Numbered from the stretch's first letter, positions 19,026 through 28,669 are shown. The stretch: DNA of 64,000 nucleotides from a virus (IMGVR_UViG_3300025120_010521), one strand, 5' to 3'. Notes: generated by a model not told the origin, from the sequence alone. Numbers and translations are program-made.

Positions 19026-20015
19026 CTACGCAATCTTTCTTAATACTTTTATTTTTGTTTTATTATTTACCCGACTGTCTATAATACTTTTTACTGTGAA
19101 CAACTGTCCATAGTGTTTTACAGCATCTGCACAGTCTTTAATATGCTCTTGCCATGGCGGAAAACTTACAGACCAGCCATTGTCAACTGCTTGATCAATC
19201 AACGTTGACCCTGCGGCATCTCTGTCTGGACATACAATAATTTCTCCATCAAATTCTTTTATTAAATCAATCTGCACTTGATTTAGTTTATTGTGTAGTA
19301 CTGCTAATCCATCAATACTTAATGCATCTAGTACACCTTCTACTACAATCAAATATTTTCTTTTCTTAGTTAACACATCCATATTATACATATAATTTGG
19401 TTGCGAGTTAGTAAAATACTTTGGTTTGTTTTTGTTATTATCAATTAATCTTGACGTATAGCCAACAGTACTACCATTATAGTAGAATGGTACAATAAAT
19501 CTTCTATTCAAATCTAAATATGTATCATTACACCAATAAAAATCACCAAAATGATCTAGCCCTCTATCAATAATATGTTTATACACCCATATTGCATCTT
19601 CTGATGGAGTATCTTGTTTTATTATTTCTATCAACGGCTTGGCACCTTTTGGCAATTGTATTTCTTTCCAACTAACTTTTGGTTTTGGTTTTTCTTCTTG
19701 TTGTGGATTATTTTCTTTTTCACGTATAGCTAAAAGTTGTAATCTTCGTACTTCGTTATCAGGAACTCCAATACCACGTAATAGTCCAACTAGTTTTTTA
19801 CCAAACGTTCTACCTGGTTTATAACTAGTACTAAATCCACAGTTAAAACAGTGATAAACCATTCCATCAACAAATCTAAATCCGCCTCTTGAACGTGTAT
19901 CTGGTCTTGTTTGACCGTTGGTTGTACACATTGGACAATTAATTGTTGTCCACCCAGAAGGAGTCTTTTTCCTTTTACCTGGCATATGAGTAATAATTGT
20001 GTTTTGTAGTTCCAT
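19026..20015 (-). CDS. gp61: DNA primase (gp61-like; Zn finger plus TOPRIM)
   Basis: CPMC...YHCFNCG Zn finger; VVEGVLDA and CPDRDAAG TOPRIM motifs. Confidence 0.9.
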   Translation of the reverse strand: MELQNTIITHMPGKRKKTPSGWTTINCPMCTTNGQTRPDTRSRGGFRFVDGMVYHCFNCGFSTSYKPGRTFGKKLVGLLRGIGVPDNEVRRLQLLAIREKENNPQQEEKPKPKVSWKEIQLPKGAKPLIEIIKQDTPSEDAIWVYKHIIDRGLDHFGDFYWCNDTYLDLNRRFIVPFYYNGSTVGYTSRLIDNNKNKPKYFTNSQPNYMYNMDVLTKKRKYLIVVEGVLDALSIDGLAVLHNKLNQVQIDLIKEFDGEIIVCPDRDAAGSTLIDQAVDNGWSVSFPPWQEHIKDCADAVKHYGQLFTVKSIIDSRVNNKTKIKVLRKIA

Positions 20016-20051
20016 GTGTTATATATTATAACACTTTTGCCAAAAAGTCAA

Positions 20052-21203
20052 TTAAATCTTATAGGTATTATTCCCTACTTTAACTCCAGATAATCCATCT
20101 AATTGTTGTTTGAATCTATTTGGCTTTCCTTTAATTGCTTGTCCTATTTCTGTACAAACATCCGCTGGTGATATTCTATGTGTGCTTGCCATATCTAATA
20201 TGCTAAGAGTTCTATCATATATAGTTGTAATTAATTTAAAAGATTCTTGCTCATCTCTTGATTTTAAGATAACGCCTGCTGATCTAAATACTCCGCCGGC
20301 ATTTGCAATTGTATCTGGAACATATAATATTTTATGATCAAGTAATTGTTGTTTAGCATTTAACGGATCAACTACATCTAATTGATTATTAGCCGCACCG
20401 CAAATAATCTTGCAGTTCATATTAGAGATTCTTGATACTCTTATATCATTTCCCATTGCACAAGGAGAATATATGTCAACTTCTTTTTTATGTATTTCGT
20501 TGTGATCCACTACTTCAATTTTAAAAGGATATTTTTTTTGTAAATCATTAATGTATTGTATTTTATCATCATTTTTATCTGCAACAATTAAAGTGGCTCC
20601 ATCATCTAAAACATAATTTGCTAATTGATAACCTACTTTACCTATTCCTTTTATAGCAATTTTTAATCCATTTAAAGAATCTTTTTCTAATTTAAATTTT
20701 ACTCCTGCCTTCATTGCATTATAAACTCCAAATGCTGTACATGAGCTTCCAATATCTGGATCTGAATACGTTGTAGTAAAGTCTGTATATCTTCTTAAAT
20801 TTTGTAGCATGTCAAAGTTAAATCCAACATCAAGACCTCCATAATAATCACCATTGAGATAATTAATAAGTTCACCAAGGTAAGGATAAATTCTTTTTTC
20901 ATCTACACCAAACGCACCAATATCTTTATGATAAGATTGTTGTACTACAGTTTTTCCACCACTTAATTTAATACCTGATACCATACATTTTTCAGTCATT
21001 GCTTCTGAAAGTTTTTGTACATCTAAATATGGTCTTTGATTATCTTTATAATTAAAATATCGTATACCACCAAAGGCAGGACCATTTTCTAATGTATGAA
21101 TTGCAATATAGGCACTGAAGTTACTTTGTTCATGATATCCATGAACCACTCTCTCAAAACCATGTGTTTTGATTTCTTTGATATCCATTTGCTGGATTGG
21201 CAT
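20052..21203 (-). CDS. Leu/Phe/Val dehydrogenase (ELFV family)
   Basis: GPAFGGIRY, MTEKC, GGKTV (catalytic Lys), TAFGV, KGIGKVG Rossmann motif, CGAANNQL, NAGGV. Confidence 0.9.
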   Translation of the reverse strand: MPIQQMDIKEIKTHGFERVVHGYHEQSNFSAYIAIHTLENGPAFGGIRYFNYKDNQRPYLDVQKLSEAMTEKCMVSGIKLSGGKTVVQQSYHKDIGAFGVDEKRIYPYLGELINYLNGDYYGGLDVGFNFDMLQNLRRYTDFTTTYSDPDIGSSCTAFGVYNAMKAGVKFKLEKDSLNGLKIAIKGIGKVGYQLANYVLDDGATLIVADKNDDKIQYINDLQKKYPFKIEVVDHNEIHKKEVDIYSPCAMGNDIRVSRISNMNCKIICGAANNQLDVVDPLNAKQQLLDHKILYVPDTIANAGGVFRSAGVILKSRDEQESFKLITTIYDRTLSILDMASTHRISPADVCTEIGQAIKGKPNRFKQQLDGLSGVKVGNNTYKI

Positions 21204-21204
21204 G

Positions 21205-22041
21205 TTAATTCCTAACTAAGACTTTTGTAATTTTTCCTACGTCAGCGACCGCTGTTGGCAAATAAATTACTCGTATCCATTTTGCCATACTTTTAAAATT
21301 ATATGATGCTAGTGTTGTTGAGTTAGTTAATGAAACATAATCATTTGATTGCCCGTCTAACTTTATATGGAACCATTCTGTGTGTGATGTAGTATTTGCT
21401 GTACTTTCCATAGAACCTTCAACAATAAAATCTCCATCAAATCCATTTGAATACAATGCTATTGTATGACTAGCTGATGTTAAGTTTCTTTCACTTGCTC
21501 CTGAAACTGCACTTGAATAATACCAAGTTTCTCCTGTTGCTGACTTTCCTATATTTTGTTTTGTCCAGTTTGGATTGGCAGAATCAAATTTAATTTCTTC
21601 TGTGTTTCTTGGATTTGAATTAATACCTTCAACTACTTCTAAAGTGCCGTTTACAGCTTCATTAAGGTCTGTATACACTGCTTGTTGCTCTGAACTAGTA
21701 TTTGTCGTATATAATGAATAGTTATAAAATGTACCTGCAACATTATCAATTGCCGACGCTGGTAAGTTTAGCTGTGCTAAACCTTTTGCCGCACCTGTTA
21801 CTGTTAATGGTCTCGAAAGTATTGATTCATTTGTGTTTACATCGATTACGTTAAATGTTACAGTTAAATTAGTTAAATCAACTGCTTTTCTATCATTGTC
21901 TTTTAACGCAAACTTCACAGTGTTATCAATACCTTGATACAATTTTATAGTTTTATCATACATTGTTGTACTACCTTGACTTGCACTCGTATTTACTATC
22001 ACTGTATGAGTATCGTCATATACATATACCGTTACTGTCAT
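21205..22041 (-). CDS. Virion structural protein, BppU_N-like Ig domain
   Basis: LYQGIDNTVKFALKDNDRKAVDLT...GLAQL pattern; late box 22067-22074. Confidence 0.6.
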   Translation of the reverse strand: MTVTVYVYDDTHTVIVNTSASQGSTTMYDKTIKLYQGIDNTVKFALKDNDRKAVDLTNLTVTFNVIDVNTNESILSRPLTVTGAAKGLAQLNLPASAIDNVAGTFYNYSLYTTNTSSEQQAVYTDLNEAVNGTLEVVEGINSNPRNTEEIKFDSANPNWTKQNIGKSATGETWYYSSAVSGASERNLTSASHTIALYSNGFDGDFIVEGSMESTANTTSHTEWFHIKLDGQSNDYVSLTNSTTLASYNFKSMAKWIRVIYLPTAVADVGKITKVLVRN

Positions 22042-22114
22042 ACTATGGTTTCCTTAAACTTACATATATTTATGTTGCTAAATAGAATTAGTGAGTATAT
22101 AATAAAGAAATATT

Positions 22115-22492
22115 TTGAGCATGGATTATAACGAATTGTCAGATAAGTTTCCCTTTTTATCGTGTATAAAGCACGGTTTAAACGAATATGTTGGTATTAT
22201 ACAAAATCAAGACGATTTTGTAACTAGTATCTACATCTATGACGACATTCCTTCAGAACAACTTAAAGCAGATTTTTTAAGATTAGGTGATGTATGGTGG
22301 TGGGAATCAAACAGAGTAATTCCTATTAATATATTTTTAGCAGGTGAGTTTTCTTTATATCAAAATTGGCTTAAAACTTTTACTACTAAAGATATTAAAA
22401 TGATATTTGGTCCAACTACTAGCTTAAATAATATTGTAAGAAAAAGAATTAAAAGACGTCAAATACAATTAATCAAAAAAACTAACGGTTAA
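22115..22492 (+). CDS. Conserved-looking hypothetical protein (start may be ATG 22121)
   Basis: ORF track; WWWES motif; divergent CTAAATA at 22078-22084. Confidence 0.7.
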   Translation: MSMDYNELSDKFPFLSCIKHGLNEYVGIIQNQDDFVTSIYIYDDIPSEQLKADFLRLGDVWWWESNRVIPINIFLAGEFSLYQNWLKTFTTKDIKMIFGPTTSLNNIVRKRIKRRQIQLIKKTNG

Positions 22493-23070
22493 ACAATAAG
22501 ATTAGATAGCAAATTTAATTGTACACAAATTGCCAATGCGTATCCAATTGCATGGCTTTTCTTAAAATAGTATGAATTATCTTTTGGTTTTTTCCAAACA
22601 TTTTCATTTATATCATCCCAGTTTTGTTTAAGTAAATGTCTTTTTGCTGGACGTATAATTGCTAGTACTGCCGCTAATTGCTCTACTGACTTTGGTTTTA
22701 ATGTACTAAGAATATCAAAATGATTATGTATATGAAATAGTTGTTCTACTATTTCTTTATGCTCTAATAAACTCCAGTCTGGTTCTTGATCTATTAGTTT
22801 TTGTAAATGATTCTCATCTTTTACTTTTTCATATACTCCTACATTTAATATATCTAATTTAAAATATCCTCTATCTTCAGCTTCTTTATAGTCAACGTTT
22901 GCTGTTTTAGTAAATGGATGTAATGGTATATCTGTAAAATAAACTCCAGTGTTATGTTTTTTAATTTCACCGTTGTTTATAATACTAGCAGGAATATGTT
23001 TCAGTTTTTCTAATAAAACATCTCTGTCTTTAACATCAATATCAATATCTGTTTTTACTATATTTGTCAT
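22489..23070 (-). CDS. dnaE: Miniature DNA polymerase III alpha (DnaE) catalytic-core protein
   Basis: TDIDID (PDxDxD), KHNTGVYF (KHAGGV), FKLDILN (KxDxLG), LAIIRP (LxRPG), FKKSHAIGYA (FNKSHxxxYA) in collinear order. Confidence 0.85.
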   Translation of the reverse strand: MTNIVKTDIDIDVKDRDVLLEKLKHIPASIINNGEIKKHNTGVYFTDIPLHPFTKTANVDYKEAEDRGYFKLDILNVGVYEKVKDENHLQKLIDQEPDWSLLEHKEIVEQLFHIHNHFDILSTLKPKSVEQLAAVLAIIRPAKRHLLKQNWDDINENVWKKPKDNSYYFKKSHAIGYALAICVQLNLLSNLIV

Positions 23071-23528
23071 TCTTGATTATGTCTTGTATCTTTTTGTTGT
23101 TTAATATGTTCTATTTGTTTTTCAGTTAGTCCTGCATTTTCATATTCTTCTTCTTCTGTCATTGGAAAATTTAATGTCATTTGAGTATCATAACCTGTTA
23201 AAGATTCAAAGTCTGGTTCAAAAGTAGTTGTTCCATAATCACTTATAGATATGCCTCCGCCTGTATAACTAACGTCAAAAGTATAGTCATTGTCTTCTTC
23301 AAGACCAACACCATATGACGATCGCTGTAATTGTGATATCTTATTATTGACTTCATTCATACTTTTTTTCCAGTCGTCTAATTTTTTTCTTTGTCTTAAA
23401 ATTTCATCTTTGTGTATTAAATGTACTAAAGTTTTTAATTCTTCCCATTTTTCTTTTACACTTTCGTTATCAGTTTTGTTAGCAACTCTGGCTACAATCT
23501 CTGGAATCCCATCATTATATTTTGTCAT
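23067..23528 (-). CDS. Hypothetical protein, coiled N-half and acidic C-half
   Basis: ORF track, translationally coupled to both neighbours. Confidence 0.55.
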   Translation of the reverse strand: MTKYNDGIPEIVARVANKTDNESVKEKWEELKTLVHLIHKDEILRQRKKLDDWKKSMNEVNNKISQLQRSSYGVGLEEDNDYTFDVSYTGGGISISDYGTTTFEPDFESLTGYDTQMTLNFPMTEEEEYENAGLTEKQIEHIKQQKDTRHNQE

Positions 23529-24205
23529 TATAGACCTGCCTTTTCTAGCACCTGTTCAACAAATCGAACATCTGGTTGTGCCATTTGGAACTTGGCTGTC
23601 CAATAGTCAGGATCAATATAATCATGTATTAGTCCAACCTGTTCATTATTAAAACTCTCTAATAGCTTAACACCACTTTCACAATTATACAATACCCAAG
23701 GTGACAGTTTTCCAGATCTAATAAAATGTACTGCTCTATTTGGTGTTATACTTTCTAAACAATCATTAAAATTGCTACCATTATCAATACCCCAACGTTT
23801 CATTATAATGACTGCTCTTTCTACTGCCGTTTGAGCTGATTCATTTTTTAAATGTTCTTTAATATATTTTTCATACACAGAATCTAAATGCCACCTATCA
23901 ATCTTTATCATATTTTTCAACAAGTAATCAACATACTTGCTAGGATCATCCACATGTACATCATACAAGTATCTACCAAATTTTGTAAATGCTGTGTAAT
24001 ATTTGCTTTTTGCAAAGTCATCATATGATCTATCTTTTTGTGTTTGTGGCATTGTTGATTTATAAAAGTATTGATATGATCTAAATGCTAATTGTACAAA
24101 ACGTTCATCTTGTTGTTGATAACGTCTTTTTGGTTCGCACAGATGTACCGATAACGTTGTTTCTTTTGTAAATTTTTTTCCACAATACTTACACTCAAAC
24201 ATCAC
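23528..24205 (-). CDS. C2H2-like Zn-finger protein of unknown function
   Basis: FECKYCGKKFTKETTLSVHLC N-terminus. Confidence 0.7.
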   Translation of the reverse strand: MMFECKYCGKKFTKETTLSVHLCEPKRRYQQQDERFVQLAFRSYQYFYKSTMPQTQKDRSYDDFAKSKYYTAFTKFGRYLYDVHVDDPSKYVDYLLKNMIKIDRWHLDSVYEKYIKEHLKNESAQTAVERAVIIMKRWGIDNGSNFNDCLESITPNRAVHFIRSGKLSPWVLYNCESGVKLLESFNNEQVGLIHDYIDPDYWTAKFQMAQPDVRFVEQVLEKAGL

Positions 24206-24684
24206 TTACCTATTTCTTTTATTTCTTTGTCAGTCCATCCTTGTTGACGTGCTAACTTTTTAAACCCATCAACATCATTAATTTGCTTTAATGCTTCTAC
24301 TTCATCGTTTTTAGCATGTGGAAAACACTCTGCTAATAACTTATCTATGCCAGTTTTTTTACCTTTACCTTTGGGTGCTTTTACCCATGGGTGAAACATT
24401 TTCTTTTTAATGCCTGCAAGTGATAGTAACTTCCAAAACATTTCTGAATCACCTTCATGTTTTTGTGTAGTACCAAAATGTTTGTTTGCAAATTCATTTA
24501 CAGAAAGTATGTAGTGTTCTTTAAATGCTTTTTGACCTTGAACATTACTTGTAAATCTCATTGCAGTATATGGCGAAAATGTTTTCTTTTCTTCGTCATC
24601 AAGTGTGTTATACCATTTTGAGTTTGCCATATCGATGTTGTATAACATTTGATTTAAATTTATTTTTTTAGTAGTTGTTGCCAC
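24202..24684 (-). CDS. Putative clamp-loader small subunit (gp62-like)
   Basis: FSPYTAMRF...LSVNEFAN resembles the T4 gp62 pattern; replication context. Confidence 0.45.
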   Translation of the reverse strand: MATTTKKINLNQMLYNIDMANSKWYNTLDDEEKKTFSPYTAMRFTSNVQGQKAFKEHYILSVNEFANKHFGTTQKHEGDSEMFWKLLSLAGIKKKMFHPWVKAPKGKGKKTGIDKLLAECFPHAKNDEVEALKQINDVDGFKKLARQQGWTDKEIKEIGK

Positions 24685-24851
24685 TATACCATTTCCTCTA
24701 TAATACCTAATATTTCAGCAAGTATGAACAGTACTCCTGCAAATAAAAAATTACCGTAGATTAAAAACCCTGCGGCTGTTATCCTTATTACACTCTTTAC
24801 TATGCTTACTATAAAATGACCCATACCTGGATCTACTTTTGCTATCTTCAT
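24684..24851 (-). CDS. Small membrane protein, 55 aa (MKIAKVDPGMGHFIVSIVKSVIRITAAGFLIYGNFLFAGVLFILAEILGIIEEMV)
   Basis: Below track cutoff; fills the gap exactly with ATGA and TAGTG overlaps; two hydrophobic segments. Confidence 0.75.
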   Translation of the reverse strand: MKIAKVDPGMGHFIVSIVKSVIRITAAGFLIYGNFLFAGVLFILAEILGIIEEMV

Positions 24852-25348
24852 ATTAAATCTCCTACTTGTATTACATCAGGAATTTGATTAAGCTCTTTTG
24901 CAAAGTAAACACAATCTGGTTTGCTTCCTACGTTTAATGGAGCTGTTAATATATGTCCATTTTTAAGTTTAGGAAAAAACCATTTTACTTCCTGAAATAC
25001 ATTTACTATTTTAACTTCTTTAAAGTCATGTGTATACCCTGAAAATGGATTATATACATAAGCTTCAAATCCTCTATCATTTAGACTAGTTAATGGAACC
25101 ATTTCACATTGCCCCATTTCTTTTTCACCAATTAGTATACTCCAATCCATTGGCATTTCTAATGTTTGTCCTCCAATGTCAAGAATCACTGCTGGTGCAT
25201 TAAACGATTCTAAAAATATAAGTGGAATATAAAAATAATCTAATGATTTGGGATTAGTACAATCCAATACACAATATTGTAGATCATCTACTTCATTTGG
25301 TACTGCATTTAAATTATACGTATTATTATCGACTGTTAATATGTTCAT
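24848..25348 (-). CDS. Beta-rich hypothetical protein coupled to uvsW
   Basis: ORF track; ATGA overlap with uvsW stop. Confidence 0.7.
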   Translation of the reverse strand: MNILTVDNNTYNLNAVPNEVDDLQYCVLDCTNPKSLDYFYIPLIFLESFNAPAVILDIGGQTLEMPMDWSILIGEKEMGQCEMVPLTSLNDRGFEAYVYNPFSGYTHDFKEVKIVNVFQEVKWFFPKLKNGHILTAPLNVGSKPDCVYFAKELNQIPDVIQVGDLI

Positions 25349-26802
25349 TCTATGTTTACTTTCTCAATTGTAAAAGGATAATTTGCTTCTTTATAAAATT
25401 TTTTTCTAGTTGTTAAATGACGTTTAGAAAATTTACAAGCAGATGTTATATCCCATATTTCTACATGGTCTTTGTCTTCTGCTCTTCTAATACCTCTTCC
25501 AATTGACTGTATTACTCTTACAAAAGATTTACCCGGTTCTATTAATACCAAATTAAATATTCTTGGTAAATTAATTCCTACTGCCGCAACACCATATGTA
25601 GCAATAATAACTTTATGTTGTTCTGTAGCAATTTCATCATATTCTTCTTCTCTATCTTCTAGTTTAGTTCTACCTTGAATGAAAACTGAATCAACAACTA
25701 TGTCTTCAAGTGCTTGTCCTGTTTTTATTCTATCAACTAAAATAAGTGTGTTTCCTTCTGCTCTCATTGTATCAACTAAATCAGCAATAAATTGTAACCG
25801 TGTTTGATTAGTTACCAAATACGTTTGTTCACCTGCATAAGTTGAAAATGCATTTGTTTCTTGTGTTTGGATTACATTTACATGACAATTCGCTAACACC
25901 CCTTTGCTTTGTAGTTCACTTGCTGATAATGTATTAATAACTTCACCAAGACTTGCTTGTAGTGATGCCATTTCATAATCTTCTTTTGGTATTGTTCCTG
26001 TAAGACCCCAACGTAAAGGTACTGTTGCAAATGGACCTGTTAAAAGTGTTTTAAGAACATCTGCTTTAGCTTGATGTACTTCGTCTACCATAACACATAC
26101 TACGCCTTCTAAAAAGTCACCTATGTTTACTTCTGCTTCAAATTTTTTAGTCTTCTTAAGCATGTTATTTAAACTTTGCCAAGTACAAACTGTGTGTTGT
26201 TTATCAAATTCTTTTCTTTCACCGTAGTATACTCCAACATCTAAACCAAGTGTTTTATAATCTAATTCTGTTTGTGTAACTAACGACTTGTTAGGAACAA
26301 TAACAATTGATCTTCCATATGGTTCAATTAACTGTGACAGTGTTGCTGTAATAATTGTTTTACCAGCACCTGTGGCAATTTCTTGTAAACATTGTGGATT
26401 TTCTAAAAATTTGTTTATAGTTTCTACTTGATAATCTCTTAATACAATTGGTTGCCCAGCCAATGGATGCTTTGGTCCCCAAGTCTTTTTAAAATGTAAA
26501 CTTTCATCAATTTTTTCAAATTTAAATTCATGTACATTTCTATTATCTTCTATATCGATTTCATAATCTTGATCTTCAATAACTGGAAGTATTCTATCTA
26601 ATAAGTTTAAATATGTTCTGCCACCTATATCACAAAAACGTATATTTCCATCCCATCTACCTAATTTATAAGCAGGTAAATGATATGCATATGGTAAAAA
26701 GAATTTAAGTTTATCAGAAATTTTACGTCTTGTAATAACATCAAGACCTTCAAACTTCACATTGACTTCATCTTTTATAACTAACTTCGCGACTTTAGAC
26801 AT
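25345..26802 (-). CDS. uvsW: UvsW-like SF2 helicase
   Basis: LRDYQ, ATGAGKT, MVDEVH, GLTGT, QSIGRGIR. Confidence 0.93.
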   Translation of the reverse strand: MSKVAKLVIKDEVNVKFEGLDVITRRKISDKLKFFLPYAYHLPAYKLGRWDGNIRFCDIGGRTYLNLLDRILPVIEDQDYEIDIEDNRNVHEFKFEKIDESLHFKKTWGPKHPLAGQPIVLRDYQVETINKFLENPQCLQEIATGAGKTIITATLSQLIEPYGRSIVIVPNKSLVTQTELDYKTLGLDVGVYYGERKEFDKQHTVCTWQSLNNMLKKTKKFEAEVNIGDFLEGVVCVMVDEVHQAKADVLKTLLTGPFATVPLRWGLTGTIPKEDYEMASLQASLGEVINTLSASELQSKGVLANCHVNVIQTQETNAFSTYAGEQTYLVTNQTRLQFIADLVDTMRAEGNTLILVDRIKTGQALEDIVVDSVFIQGRTKLEDREEEYDEIATEQHKVIIATYGVAAVGINLPRIFNLVLIEPGKSFVRVIQSIGRGIRRAEDKDHVEIWDITSACKFSKRHLTTRKKFYKEANYPFTIEKVNIE

Positions 26803-26808
26803 AACTTT

Positions 26809-26837
26809 ATAATAACTTATTTTAAGAAAAAATGCAA
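26809..26837 (-). promoter_or_regulatory. sigma70 promoter TTGCAT-N17-TATTAT, 6 nt before uvsW ATG
   Basis: Read directly from sequence. Confidence 0.65.
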
Positions 26838-26844
26838 GTGTTTA

Positions 26845-27486
26845 CTAATTAAAATTAGATACAATTTGGCCTCTTATATCAACTGGTAAGTCTTTATAGT
26901 ATCCTTCTTTGTGTATCTTTAGAATAATTTGTTTTAATCTATTAGTATATTCTTTACCAAGCTCACTCCATGCTACTAAAAAATTTGACAATGTTGTTGC
27001 ATTTGTGTATCCATACATTTTAATTTCCCAACTTCTTGCATTTCTAAATTCTTCATATGCAGGATGATTATTTAAAATTTGTATATAATCTTGTATACAA
27101 GAACAAAGTGATTTGTATTTACGAACTCCCCAGTTTGCATTTGGTCTGCCTTTTGCTTTCATATGTGGTATATTGTCTAAGTCCCAAGTTCTTATGCCAA
27201 AGAAATTATTTCCTTCTTTAGCAAATCTAGATTGGCCCCATGCACTTTCATATGCCGCCATAGCAACAATTAAATCAAATGGTACTTGTTTTTCTAAAGG
27301 ATATGATTGATAATTACTATATAATCCTTCAACACATCTAAAAATTTGTTTTACAAACTGTTCGTTAGTTTCAATTGTATTTTTTTCTATTTCAATAGTA
27401 ACATTATCATTAGCTAATGTTTGAGGGAAAAACACTATTGCTAAAGAAATTACCATTCCTATTATTCCTACTTTTAAAAGTTTCAT
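26845..27486 (-). CDS. Bax/GH73-like glucosaminidase (peptidoglycan hydrolase) with N-terminal signal/TM segment
   Basis: AMAAYESAWGQSRFAKEGNNFFGI, YIQILNNHPAYEEFR; hydrophobic N-terminus. Confidence 0.85.
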   Translation of the reverse strand: MKLLKVGIIGMVISLAIVFFPQTLANDNVTIEIEKNTIETNEQFVKQIFRCVEGLYSNYQSYPLEKQVPFDLIVAMAAYESAWGQSRFAKEGNNFFGIRTWDLDNIPHMKAKGRPNANWGVRKYKSLCSCIQDYIQILNNHPAYEEFRNARSWEIKMYGYTNATTLSNFLVAWSELGKEYTNRLKQIILKIHKEGYYKDLPVDIRGQIVSNFN

Positions 27487-27493
27487 AATACTA

Positions 27494-27521
27494 ACTATAA
27501 CATATTTAGTTGGTTTGTCAA
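27494..27521 (-). promoter_or_regulatory. sigma70 promoter TTGACA-N16-TATAGT with extended -10 TG
   Basis: Read directly; 7 nt to ATG. Confidence 0.65.
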
Positions 27522-27560
27522 TGGTTATTTAAATAAATATTTAGGTAGAAAGTAGCAATT

Positions 27561-28229
27561 ATGGTGGATTTTTCAGTTCTTAAGATAAAAAATTACAATG
27601 ATATTCCTGGAAAAATATCAGAAGAACAGTGTTTAGAAATAATTGAAATTGCAAAATCTATACCAAAAAATTCAACAGTGATCGAAATAGGATGTGCATG
27701 GGGAAAATCCTCATGGGCATGGATGCATGGCTTACCTAGTGGAACTAGATTCATTAGTATCGATCCTTTTAAAGATGACATTCCGGCAGTAAAACAAAAA
27801 GAATTAAAAAAACAACGTGACTTAAAAAAAGATAATCCTGTAATCCTTAGTATTTTAAAGTTTTGGGAAAGCACAACTGTGCATGATACTATTACCAAAG
27901 TACTTAAATATCACCCAAAAAGACAATTAATAGATCATCAAATATTTTGCGGAACGAGTGATGAATTTGATATATCAAACATTGACAGATTAGCATGTGT
28001 CTACATTGATGGCGATCATACATATGATTATGTAACAAGTGACTTAGAAAAATATGGAAGTATAAGCGAAATTATATGCGGTGATGATTACAAGCCATTA
28101 AATACTCCATTTTCTCACAAGCCTCTAGTTGGTGTTGTACACGCAGTTAATGATTATAGTAAAAAAACTAACAGAACTCTTTCAGTCAATTTAAAATCTA
28201 GTTTTTGGAAACTACTATTAGATAAATAA
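27561..28229 (+). CDS. Class I SAM-dependent methyltransferase (Methyltransf_24-like)
   Basis: VIEIGCAWGKSS, ISIDPF, YIDGDHTY, ICGDDY. Confidence 0.85.
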   Translation: MVDFSVLKIKNYNDIPGKISEEQCLEIIEIAKSIPKNSTVIEIGCAWGKSSWAWMHGLPSGTRFISIDPFKDDIPAVKQKELKKQRDLKKDNPVILSILKFWESTTVHDTITKVLKYHPKRQLIDHQIFCGTSDEFDISNIDRLACVYIDGDHTYDYVTSDLEKYGSISEIICGDDYKPLNTPFSHKPLVGVVHAVNDYSKKTNRTLSVNLKSSFWKLLLDK

Positions 28230-28233
28230 TTGT

Positions 28234-28446
28234 ATGAAAATCAACGATCTCATAAGCGAATGGAAGGGCAAAGTGCCAACTTCTGTGTGTAGAAGTGATA
28301 AAAAACTTGGTGCTTCCGATGAGGCCAGTTGTAAATCACAGGGTTTACGTTCTAGAGATAGTGGTAAAAAACATGATGGTAAAACCCTAAGAGGCAAAAA
28401 AGTACGTGGCCAAAAGTATGGCGGACCTCTTAAAGATTATTCTTAA
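28234..28446 (+). CDS. Small basic protein with CTS-like N-terminus (MKINDLISE)
   Basis: GATAAATA 5 nt before ATG; K/R/G-rich, two Cys. Confidence 0.7.
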   Translation: MKINDLISEWKGKVPTSVCRSDKKLGASDEASCKSQGLRSRDSGKKHDGKTLRGKKVRGQKYGGPLKDYS

Positions 28447-28669
28447 ATTTATTTTTTAACTTATACAGTTCTTCGTTAAGCTCTTTTACCCTTTTATATA
28501 ATGAGTATTTTTCTTTAACTTCATCTGCTACAGATCTTTTTAAGTGTTGGATCTGATCATCTTTTGCAAGTAGAGATCTACGCATCTGTTCCATAGGATC
28601 ATTTTCATGATTCTTCCAACCGTATTGTTTTTTCTTATCTTGAGTTTTTGGTGTATAGTTCTGCGTCAT
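28430..28669 (-). CDS. Small coiled-coil protein
   Basis: ORF track. Confidence 0.55.
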   Translation of the reverse strand: MTQNYTPKTQDKKKQYGWKNHENDPMEQMRRSLLAKDDQIQHLKRSVADEVKEKYSLYKRVKELNEELYKLKNKFKNNL

